A DNA stretch of 62,106 nt, the filler included. It is 13 parts of 13 records of this genome, joined end to end, with 100 filler letters (N's around TTAATTAATTAA, not from the genome) between each part and the next. Parts side by side here need not be neighbours in the genome. Positions count along the whole stretch, not along the records: positions 16,980 to 20,012 come from SRR15195285_8952; positions 20,113 to 25,174 come from SRR15195285_8954; positions 25,275 to 32,938 come from SRR15195285_8961; 10 more parts are not named here. One strand, 5' to 3'. Made by a program: the position numbers and the translations under genes. This document shows positions 19,864-30,879 of the stretch, one piece after another (within the stretch, counting starts at the first letter, position 1; each line of letters opens with the position of its first letter). The notes beneath the pieces are model-generated. The model saw nothing but the letters and a program-made list of their open reading frames with translations, did no database searches and had not been told where the DNA came from.

Positions 19864-20542
19864 CGCGTGCGTGCGTGCTCCGTCGCTGCATGCTTGTGGA
19901 CGTGTGCTCCCGCCACAGACAGCAGCCAACACGTCACTCGAGTCACGCGTGCCGGCTGTGTCGATGAGCCTGCAAGCTCGCGTGCATCAGTGCCCAGGTT
20001 GAGTGGGAGTTANNNNNNNNNNNNNNNNNNNNNNNNNNNNNNNNNNNNNNNNNNNNTTAATTAATTAANNNNNNNNNNNNNNNNNNNNNNNNNNNNNNNN
20101 NNNNNNNNNNNNCAAAATCTGAATGGGTGCCTATGACCAATTAAGCCCGAATGTCCCACTTACAAGAAGTACGCCTGCATGGGAACGTGCGTACGAGCGT
20201 ACTCGACGAGTACTGTACCCACGGAGGTGTACCGTACACATTTCAACATGTAGACTACAGTACGCCGTACATACAGTACATGTATAGTAGTACCATGAAT
20301 AGATCTAGAGTGTATAATACGGACGGGGATCACGCCGGCGCCGCGCGCGCGTCCGTCTGCATGCGCTGTGCGTACGTACCGGCGCGCCGGTCGACGTACG
20401 CTCGCGCGTACGGCCGCCTAGAGCCGACTCCCTACAGCTGTACCAAGTTGGACACGCGCCCATTCGTTTGACAGACACTGCGTGGCACGGAGTACGCCAG
20501 GTCGACTCAATACACACCAATCATCTCGCACCCACGGCACCG

Positions 20543-20602
20543 ACAGCTCTCTGTCAACGCGGTACGCGTGCTATGGGCAGAAGAACAGCAGCAACCGGAC
20601 AG
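20543..20602 (+). repeat. ~60-bp direct copy of coding segment 22859-22919
   Basis: acagctctctgtcaacgc...gtacgcgtgctatggg(c/t)agaagaacagcagcaaccggacag occurs in both places with about 3 differences. Confidence 0.9.
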
Positions 20603-20679
20603 CTCTGTCCCGATAGGCCTCGTTAAGCCGACGAACGAGATGCGACGGACGCTGCAGTGCAGCCTCTAACCACGTCCCA

Positions 20680-23217
20680 ATGCTATCAAGCCTTGAGGAC
20701 ACCAGGGATCCCTTGCTTGCTTGCTCGATGCGGAAGCATCCGGTCACACCGCTGCCGCCGCCGCCGCCGCCACTGTGGCCAACACAGGCGCGCGCAGATG
20801 ATCCCGACTGGTGCAGTAGCCACGCGTGGTTCGGCGCAGCAGTAGGTCCGAGCGACCGCGAAGTCATGCCGTGGCAGCTGGTGGAGCAGTTGCTGCGCGA
20901 TTCTGCGTTTCGTCCAGGTCCACGCCCAGCACAGATCATGCTACCAGCCGGCAGGATGCTGCCGCGGGCCCAGCGGATCTTCAAGTGAGTCCTTGCGAGT
21001 GCTCGCGTATGCTTTCGTGAATTCAGAAGGGCATGCGTTTGTGATGCTTGCAGGGAGCTCCCGGATGGCAAGCGTCGCGTGCGCAGTGTCGATGTGTGGC
21101 ACGCATCAGGCGGGCACGGCCGGCCATACCGTGAGGTCCCGTCGCCAAAAAACCCTGTGCTCCACCGACGCTACGGAACAGTGGAGACCAATCTTTCCCA
21201 AGCCGATGGATCGACAGAACGCGGTGCGGTGTTCAACTACCACGAATATAGACTTCCCAGCTGTCCCGGGACAGGCATCTTGTATCACGTGTTCGTGGTC
21301 AAAGACCGGGCGAAGAAGCGGTCGGGCGGGGCTCCCGACGGCGGTCACAAATTGGCCAAAACCGGCGCATCCGCACCACCGCCAGATCCGCGTAGGATCG
21401 CCCTGCGTGTTGCGCTCGCTGGAGACGTCAAAAACGCGAATTTTTTGGAGTTTATGCACGGTCCAGGCGTTTGCGGGCGCTTGACCGAGTCCGACACCGG
21501 AGGGTTGCAACTCCAGTCTACTGGCGGTGACGTCGCGGAATGGCACGGGCTGGCTGATGGCCAGGCCGACGATTTGAAAGAAGGTGACGTGGTTTCGATT
21601 GTTGACGGTTTGGTGTCTCTGCAATGTTGCCCGGGCGCAATGCTAGCTGTGGTCACAAGGAAAGCTATGGTGGAGGGCTCGATACCCAAAGACACATGGC
21701 GCCACGAAACACTGGCATACGCGGGTAGAGTGCCAGTCCGCGTCCGGGGGCCCGTGTGCTGTGGCGATCGGATCGTACCATCCGGACTCCACGACGGCAC
21801 AGGGATGCGTGCGGCCGGCTCGAGCGGTTGGCAGCCAACTGTCGGTACGGTGCTATCACTTGGAGACGAGCCAGAGTGTATTGGCCAGCCTTGGGTGGTG
21901 GAGATCGCAGTGATACCGCCTGGGTTAACTGTCACCGCTGATACAAGGAGACCATCTCTATGGCTGGTGTCCATGCTGCTGTTGGTTGCGATGACTATTG
22001 CTGGTCTGCTGTACGCACGTACGCCCGACGAAGGCAGTGGTGGTGCCAGCTCAACAGGCACCAACGATCGCATGGAACAGGTAGGCTGCACTCTGGCTCG
22101 CTGGCATACCGTGCTAGCGGTGTGCGAACACGAGCTCTCCACATTTTACAGCGAGTCTGACCCATATGGTGAAGGGGGCATCCTGAACCTGCTCCAAACG
22201 CAGAGGACCGAACTGAATGACTTGAAGCGTTCGGGAGCAGATATGGTCATGGATGGTCTCGATCTGGGCTCGGTTTTAGCCATCGGCACTACCTGCTCTA
22301 GCCGTACTGGTCAGAAATGCGCCGAGTCGCTCCGCGAATACCTAGATGGCTGCCCGCTCGCCCCACTCCGTGTGAAGATCGAGGTACCAGAAGTCCAGGT
22401 CGTTACTGACGTTCCAGGCCGCCATCCTCGTATGGGACCCCACAGTGGAGGCGACAGGAACCAAGCAGCAGGCTCGATGGACGGGATGGCAGATGTAATG
22501 TTTGTTCGCCAGTGTCTGTCTCGACTGTATCCACAGCTGTTGACTCCGAATACACTCGCGGTGCCGATGGTCTCGGCAACTCAGGACGAAACAATGGCGG
22601 CGTCTGCCCACCAGGAAGAGTGCCGAGCACTCGAACAGATTGGCGAAGCCGTGCGGACGAAGTGTGCAGCATGTTCCATTGATGCCGAGTGCAATGAGCC
22701 TCGCTCCGCACGTGCCATCCTCAAGATGTTTTCTAGCTGCCCTATTGTGAAAGATCTACCACCCAATGACTTGCCGCAGCTGCACAACACAACCATCGAC
22801 GGCCGTACACTCGAGTACTTCAGCATCCCCGCGGTCGATGTTGTGGGACAGCGCACCCACAGCTCTCTGTCAACGCTAGTACGCGTGCTATGGGTAGAAG
22901 AACAGCAGCAACCGGACAGATCATGTTTTTCGCAGGGGTCGAGCTGCCGGTGCTACGCACGTGGAACGGAGTGCAACAGTGCGATTGCATCTGCCTTGGC
23001 GAAGCTCGCAGCCACGCCGCATTACTCGCACTGTGCAACTGCTGGAGGGCGCAATGGTACTATTCGACTCCCGCCGTCTGCGCTGGCCACGATGTTGTAT
23101 GCAGCCGAGGGACAGCGGTTTTTCCAAGTTGTGGAGGGCTCCGCTGCATCCGCGGCCAAGTTGTCTCGGATACCGTTTCATGTTGTTGTTGGTGAACCCT
23201 CGCAAGTCAACCACTAG
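20680..23217 (+). CDS. Single-pass membrane protein: NAC/CG-1-like putative DNA-binding domain, peptidase G2-like intramolecular chaperone domain, TM helix, Cys-rich luminal region (intron 20985-21053)
   Basis: The GTGAGT...TTGCAG intron joins the two ORFs in frame (RIFK|ELPDGKRRVRSVDVWHASGG). GGDVAEW...EGDVV...AYAGRVPVRVRGPVCCGDRIVPSGLHDGTG follows; TM segment LWLVSMLLLVAMTIAGLLY at ~21958-22014. Start could be 20680 or 20728. Confidence 0.75.
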
Positions 23218-23459
23218 CTTGCACGGTGATAATTCAAAAATTATGGCATCCTTTGTTTGAAACTACACATATCCACGCTCTGTGATAGTCAGTTTGACAG
23301 CGCTATTGTTGCGCACATGGATGTATCTTCGTGAAGTTGGGCCCCTTTGCACCGAGTCCGTCCATTTTTGCTTCTCGTAAGTTGCGCGCCGATTGCGGCT
23401 CGCACAAGTCTGTCTACGCTAACCATGTTAAGCCACCCGCCTAAAGCCTCCAGGCATGT

Positions 23460-24302
23460 CTACGGTTCGGGGGCCGGGGCCGGCGCGGGTGCAGTGGGCT
23501 TGTGGACCTTGGCCTCGATGTCGGGGTTGAGCTTGCAGAAGGTGGAGCAGCCGAATACGAGCGTATGCATCACCGCAGCGCAAAGCACGATGTAAAAGAC
23601 GATACCGATGATGAAAAGGAAGTTGTAGGTCATCAGGTCGAACTGGTTAAGCAGGTTGAGCGCGACCGCCAAAGCCCAAACCCCGTGCAAAACGAGGTAC
23701 TGTATAGTACGTTCCCGTTGCCAACATGCAGGAGCGGCATTCAGTCTCGCATGCAATAGTCAAGAGAACTCCAGACAGGAACACTCACTACGCCCGTCCA
23801 GTTTCTGTTCCTGGACTCCATCGCCCACCAGCCGACGTACGTCCAGATCGTGCACCAGCCGACTTGAACGATGACCCGCTGGAAATTGTCTCCAAGTGGA
23901 ACGCTTGCCTGCGCCAGCATTTCGTCGTTGGAGATGGACAAGATAAGAGCAACCCATCGGCACGGCCGCGAGGCTAGAGGTACGCACCTCCATGCAAATT
24001 GATCCTTGGCAAACTTCGAGCGGCAGTATCATGAGCAGAATGAAGTATACAAGGCTGGAGGCGAACTGTGCCCAGACCATCAATGTCAGCCAGGAGATGA
24101 AGGCTGAGTGAGCGTTGTCGAGGCTGCCGCATCCCTTGTGTGGTTTGTTCCACCACATAATGCCAGTTTTCTCCTCTTCGGAGATGTGATTGCCGGCGAC
24201 GCAGCTGGTCAGCTGCTTGAAGAACACGGCGAAGCTGGTCGTGCCCGAGCAGAATCCGTTGCAGTTGCATCCGCCTGCCGGCTTGGGTTGCTCGGCTGCC
24301 AT
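23460..24302 (-). CDS. Small multi-pass membrane protein of unknown function (spliced)
   Basis: ATG at 24302; hydrophobic helices in successive ORFs (FISWLTLMVWAQFASSLVYFILLMIL; YLVLHGVWALAVAL; FLFIIGIVFYIVLCAAV). Confidence 0.55.
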
Positions 24303-25274
24303 GGCGACTCCTCGCTGCGGTTAGCCTGTCTTGCTGTTGTTGTTGCTGCTGTCGTTGTCGTTGTGTGTGCCGTCGTTACGACGGGTTGCTGTAGCCAGTC
24401 TACAGTCGAAAGTGGTACATATACCGCGGACCCGCAAGAAACGAAGCGTGCGTACCATGCAGATAGCGTACCTACGCATCCATGTACGCACCTCGTACCT
24501 ACTGGTACGCCTGTACGCACCGCGTACGTAAACACATGCACCGGTACGTACGCACATTCACCGACCGGCGTGGCGCGAGGCGACCATGATGACTTGATAC
24601 CATTAATGATTGCTATGAAGAGTACGGAACCGTGCGTATTACTTGTACAGTACGCCGTACGCACCGGCGGGATGACCACACCGCATGACGGGGCAGTGCG
24701 AGACGCTCGATAGAATGAGTACCGTATTATCTATTAATACCGATACGTACGTACTTCGTTCATCGTACACGCTCGCGCACGCATGCACGCCGCCACGCGC
24801 GCGCTAGACCGTACTATACAGCGCTATACTGTACGTCCTAACGTCTAGTCGTCTACCGGCGATGTACTGTGCGATACTGTACTCGGCGCGCGGCGCGTGC
24901 GTACTCGTCCGTATTATGTACCGCGCGGCCCGAAGGCGTACGCACGCACGCGCGCGGAACGCGTACGCACCGTGGTGATGGGAGAGCTACTATGATAGTA
25001 TGTGCGTATGCGTGTGCGTACACCAATTGCGGACACGGTATCGAATGCTACAGTACATCGCGGAGCGCGAGCGTACCCATCCAGCAGGAAGACGCAAGAA
25101 CTCGAGAGTACGTCTGAACTTGTGACGGTGCCACCGCACCAGCACACCACCACCACCACCAACAACAACAACAANNNNNNNNNNNNNNNNNNNNNNNNNN
25201 NNNNNNNNNNNNNNNNNNTTAATTAATTAANNNNNNNNNNNNNNNNNNNNNNNNNNNNNNNNNNNNNNNNNNNN

Positions 25275-25369
25275 GCCGTCACATGCGGCGAGGCAAGCCC
25301 AGCAGGCTCCGGCTCGAGCCCTCCCGCCGGCTCCGGCGCCTCTCCCGCCGGTGGCGCGCCAAGCTCCAT
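25275..25369 (-). CDS. Possible 5' fragment of a gene running off the contig (MELGAPPAGEAPEPAGGLEPEP...)
   Basis: ATG followed by the EPEP low-complexity sequence typical of coding regions in this window; truncated. Confidence 0.35.
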
Positions 25370-26004
25370 CGGGGAGCCGCTGGGAAAGAGCCGCTGCCTC
25401 CTGTGCGATGAAGCAAGCGCCCGGGGCAGCTCCTGTTCGTGAACTGTTGTTAGAACAACGCACGACGCTCCGTGACAACGTTGTGCCTGCCCGTTCGCTC
25501 CGCACCAGGAGCTCGTATCTCGCATTCAAAGTCGTCTTAATTCGTATGCATATTACTATGAATACAGCTAGATTTTGACGAGTTATAGTACTAGTATTGG
25601 TATTATCCGACTCTGACTCTAATAGTAATACACTTTCTTTACTATTCGAATAGTATTGGTGCAGCAGCACCGGTGACGACTGTCGGCCCCCTCGGACGAT
25701 GGTCTCGCGGGCGGTCAGGAGGTGCACATCGCGAATAGTCAAAAGTGGACCGGATAATCGATTGGTGGCGCTGACCTCGGGGAACACGCCCGGCCTCCGC
25801 GGCGGTGTGCGGATTCGCGACGGATACGATCGCGGAGAGATACGCTGATACGGCGGCGCGGCGGGCGCGCGAGTGGCGCCGCGCGAGTGCTGCCACGCAG
25901 GCGCGCGCCGCGGGAGGAGCTCCCTCGTGCCGTCGCCGCGGGTGGGGCTAGAGGTACGGGCCGCCGCGTAGCTCTCGCCGCGTAGCTCTCGCCTTGAAAC
26001 GTAC

Positions 26005-29000
26005 ATGGGAGCCGCTAGCAAAGCTCTGGTCGTCTGTGCTGCTGTCGGGGCGTACCTTCAGCCCCTTTGCACGCTGTCCAGCCGCCAATTCACGGTATAT
26101 TCAGTCAACCCGTCTGTCACACGCACTGTTGGATCAGCCGCGCCCTACCTAGCGTATCAAGATAACTGACTGGGCGCCATCCATGCACTAGAACCATTCA
26201 TAGAGCACTGCGCTCGTGCAGGAGTCGTAGGCCGCAGTGCGATCCTGCTGCCTCACACTACCCCTGCATAAGATTGAGAGTCTGCTGTTCCGTGTTGCGT
26301 GCATACGTTTGTGCTGAAAGACGCTGGACGACGATGTCAACTTCTTGCACGCGCACGCTCTCAGTGGCGGCAGCACCGCAATAAGTTCCGTGACTGATGG
26401 CCCCAGTACTGCAGCCCAGAATCTCCTCTGGGCTCTCCGGGACGGAGTTGTCCTCGGGGTTTACGAGCCTATGGGCAATGCGGTGAAAATCCTCGTCGTG
26501 GACGGTAGCGCTGCGGTGGCACTCGTGGTGAATGTCGTGCTGCATGTGGGCAACTGTGCGCTGGCGAGGATGCTCGGCGCGCGGTCTCTACAGATGCGAA
26601 TGCAAGGTCTCAGAAACCGAGATGGCTGCACTGGGTTCTCAGCGTTGGCGACCGATCTTGCAGCTGCGCTCTTTGCAGGCCACCCAATCTGCGTAGAGTC
26701 TGTGGCATGGAGTTCCTGCCAGCCAGTGTTGCTTGCCACTTTCTTCTCGGCTGCTGCAATGCATGTGTACTTTCACCCTTCAACTACACCATGGTTGCGC
26801 AGATGGGTGCCGGCATGGCTCCTGCTGTGCGCCTGTCTCTCCAAAGCCACGGCAATCACCGTGCCGATATACATATATATTCTGGACACTGAAGCAGTCG
26901 CAGCTGAACCAGACAGATTACGAGCCAAGTTGCGCGGTTATGTGCAGGCGATTCATCACGCTCCCACACTGCTTGGTGTGACCCTGTTTGGCGCTGGTAA
27001 CCATTCTGACTCTACGTCATCCGTTGCGTATCTACACAGTTGAAACGGGTGTGCGTGGTTGCTGGCTTGTCTGTATGATTTTGTTACCCGTGCCTGCACA
27101 TCGCTTGGGGTGCGAGCAGGGCTCGCGTTCTGGGCTGCAGTGGAAGATCCTGACCCAGGGCGCCGCAATATTGAGGTGCGCAGCCACCGCTGCGAGTGTC
27201 ACGAGTCTGGACAGAGTCAGCTGACTTGGTTTGTAAAAAAACAAATCCACTGTCAACACTACCGCTGCTGAGCAGGTGGAGGAGCGTCTCGTCTCTGCTG
27301 TCGGGGCGCCGTTCTTCTACATCAAGCTGTTCCTAACCCCTCTCGCCACAGATGCTGAGTACAGCGGTCGGTATCTCCGGCCGCTATCGCGCCCATCGCC
27401 ATTGATCGCCAGTGGGACCCAACCGTTTCTACTGATACTAGCGCTATTATTACATCTCGGCGCAGTCTCCGTCGTGTTCCGCGTTTGTGATTTTGGCGCC
27501 AGGCAAGCCACTCTGCGGTGGGTGTCATGCTCGTGGGTGGGATTTGTAGTTCTCCTCTTGCCAACCCTCGGGTTATCAGGGCATCACGCGACCGATCTGT
27601 ATGCTGCCGATCGATATTTCTGTAAGTGCGCATTCTCATCCAACTTCTGGTATTATCATTCGATTCCAACTGAACGGGGACGACTTGCCGCCATCACAGA
27701 CCTACCTGCGGTTGTCTGTGTGATTCCTGGACTTTCAGTCTTGTTCTTCGAAAGTATGTTGCGATTGCGGCAATTTGGTGGACGGGCAGGCTATGTCACG
27801 GCCGTGGGCGTACTTGTTGCTGCAATTACAGCCATCACGATTCAGACCTGTGGCTACGCTGACGTGTGGAGCTCGGACTCTACGTTGTATCCACATCTGA
27901 TTCGTTGCAACCCAGAAGATTTGCTCGCGAGAAACAATTATGCAGCATGGTTTGCTCGGCACAATCGGCATGCAGAGGCCGTTCATGTCTATGACAACCT
28001 GTTGGAAATGTTCCCTCAGCACCCGAAGGCAAATCTGTACCGTGCAGTCTCGCTCTCCCGGGTAGATGTGTCTACGAACACAAATAGCAACACGAACGCA
28101 GAGACTGCTCTCTCCAAATTTGATGACATGCTTTCGGTTGGACAGTCAAGAGATGATGTACGTTACCATCGCGCAGGCGTGCTCACGCGGCTGAAGCGGT
28201 TTGCTGAGGCAGAAGCAGAATACGAGACATTGACTAGAAGTCATCTGGTTAGCCCTAACGGCGCTACTCCTGTGGATAAATGTCAGAACCAAGCATACGA
28301 CGAGCCCGTCGATGCCGAGTTAGGGCTGTTTTGGATGAGTTATGGCAGTCTCCGACAGGAGCAACAGCGATACTCGGAGGCGGAACATTGCTTTCGACAG
28401 GCACTACTGACGACGGGAGCTGGTATGACTCAGACACGTGCCGAGGCCATGATCAGCCTGGCTGCAGTGCTGATGTCATCAGCAGGTAGACAGAAAAACA
28501 ATCAAGTGGTCCTTGAAGAGATTGCGGGATTGCGCGAGAAAGCGAGGCGTATTGCCCCGACTAATCCCTCTGTGTTGATCAATCATGCAAATGGTAAGGC
28601 ATTGATGCAGCAGCGTGTTCGTGTAAGGAAGACATTATATATTGGTGTACTGATTATGTGATGGACCGGGGTGGCTAGGTCTGCAGCGCAGTGGAGAGTA
28701 TCATTCTGCAATCGAGGTATACAAAATTCTTTTGCGCAATTCCCCTGTGCATGCCGTCGGTTGGTTCAACCTGGGTAAGAGACCAATCTGCCCAAGCCTT
28801 TTCAGTTGATCTACATTAATCATAGGCGCAGCAGGAGTTTCATCTGCACACTTTGATCTGCTTTCCATGTTTGTTCATCGATACAGCTAGTATTCATGAC
28901 AGCAGTTGCAATGTGGTGTGGGCTTTCGCGTAGCCTCTGCATATGAATCGCTTGGGCAGCTCGATGATGCAGATCGGAGCTACAGACGCGCGAAGTCTAG

Positions 29001-29376
29001 CGACCCACGACTGGTCGCAGCGTTCGACAACCATGGAAATGTATTGAAACAGCTCGGCGCGGCGCCAGAAGCTCTGCATTCGTTTCGTACCGGCATCAAT
29101 TTGGAGCCAGCACGAGCACAGACGTGGTATAATTACGGCACAGCTTTGCAGGAGATGCAGCGATGGGCAGAGGCACTGGCAGCCTATGACGAAACTATCG
29201 ACATTGAACCCAGCGCATACGGAGACGACCCGTCCATTCTTGCAAATCGTGGACTCTCACTCCTCAATCTCGACCAGGCTAAGGATGGCGAAGAGAGCCT
29301 GCGGCGGGCGGTACAGTTGCAGCCAAACCTCATGGAGCATCCTGCAATCAGAGAAGTATTGCACGATTCCGCCTAA
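26005..29376 (+). CDS. TMTC: TMTC-like protein O-mannosyltransferase (GT-C membrane domain plus TPR repeats), multi-exon
   Basis: LDDDVNF, YEP, FAGHPICVESVAW, CLSKATA, AADRYF, VWSSDSTLY, then TPRs (ARNNYA, AFDNHGNVLKQLG, TWYNYGTALQEMQRWAEALAAYD). Confidence 0.8.
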
Positions 29377-29531
29377 GCTTTGCAGCCGACCGACAGTCAG
29401 TGACGGCGAAATGCCCCATGAAAATAATTAGGTTGTCTCGCAAGAAACTGATTTGCTCATACTATCCTCCAGACAGGTCGTACACACAAGCGGAGCGTGC
29501 ATTTTTGCATTCCACTAGACTGACGAATTGC

Positions 29532-30583
29532 TCAAAGTTTTGGCGCTGCAATAAGCCCAGACCGTTGCGCCCAGCCTAGGAACGCTACAGACATCACACC
29601 GCGATGTTTAGGAAGCGTTTGTGCCAGTCTAATTTGAGTACTGTGCCGAGGCAGTTCCGGCACTTACTTCTGGCGCACAGCGTCGGGCGTTGTGCAACGG
29701 AGCCGTGGCCAGTGTTCTCCAGAATGATCAGCTCCGCACGAGGTAGTCGCGGCTGCAAGCGAGCTACGACATCGTAACTCCCTCCGGGGTCGGCAACCAA
29801 ATTGGGGTCAAACTCTCCGGTGGCGACGAGCACATTCTCTACGCGCAGCTTGTCCAATTCTGCGAGAAAAGAGTCCGGCGCATCATACGGTGCCTTGGAA
29901 GTTGCATGCATTGCCATCCCCGTCAGCTTTCGGTTGGCGTGTTCGGTGAAGGATGGTACTGCAGGCTCGACGATACCGAGCCGCTTCATTTTGTCGGCTG
30001 CCATCACTCGCCCCAGCGTCTGTGCAAGCCTCCATCCTTCGCCTGCAGACACGCCTACGCTCATGTCTTGCATTACCACGCCTGCACATCTCAACGCGTG
30101 CCGGATTCCAAATACCACTGCCGGCCGGGAGCCCCACGCCACTCCCCAGCTGATCGCCGCCTTGATCCCGAGGTGGTCGAGCAGTACAACCGCGTCGTCG
30201 GCATACTGGTCGAAAGTGAACTGCTCGGAGCCGGCCACGTCCTTCGGCGTCGGCTTACTCTTGCCGACGGCGCGGCAGTCGTGTGCGATGCAGCGTACCC
30301 CCGCCTCGACGAGCACTAAAATGGTCGCGCTCCACATTCCTGCCCCGACGAGTACGCACAGCCTTTCAAATCAACAGCAGATGCGAAAACGTCACAAAAT
30401 TGCTCGACTACCGCTCCAGGTATATGAACATGCACATCATGCTCGCACACACATGTACACTACAGTAGTGGACACACCTAAATTGCTGAAGGCCCCGTTG
30501 AAGAGGAGCACAGCAGGGCCGTCCTCAGGGCCATGCACCTCGTAATTGAGCTCCGCGCCATGGCCGAGGCTGCACGTTGGCAT
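29532..30583 (-). CDS. Alpha/beta-hydrolase fold protein (three exons) with Ala at the nucleophile position
   Basis: LNYEVHGPEDGPAVLLFNG; CIAHDCRAVGKS; YADDAVVLLDHLGI; WGVAWGS; VLVATGEFD; LENTGH. Confidence 0.8.
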
Positions 30584-30879
30584 TGCTAGCTAGACTACTG
30601 TAGGAATTCCCGTAGTCCCTACGTAGTCGCACGTTAGCGTGGAGTGCGTACGCCGCGCCGCCGCCGGGCCTTGAGTGCGATGCATCGCGCGCGCCATGCA
30701 GACGCACGCATCAGGTCTATATAACATCTATCATGTGCCCAGGTTGAATGTGTGACGATGCATGCGTGCGCGCGCGGCGCGTTGTAATTGTGCGCGTGCC
30801 GCGCCGGGCAAATGCGTCGCCGCGCGCGATCGTGGCGTCGGTGGGTGCCGCCGCGCCCTGCGGCGTCACGTGCCCTGCG

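Noticed and set aside
25227-26021. 264-aa minus-strand ORF
   Set aside because: It crosses an AT-rich intergenic patch, is Arg/Pro/Ala-rich as expected for GC-rich non-coding DNA, and has no motifs.
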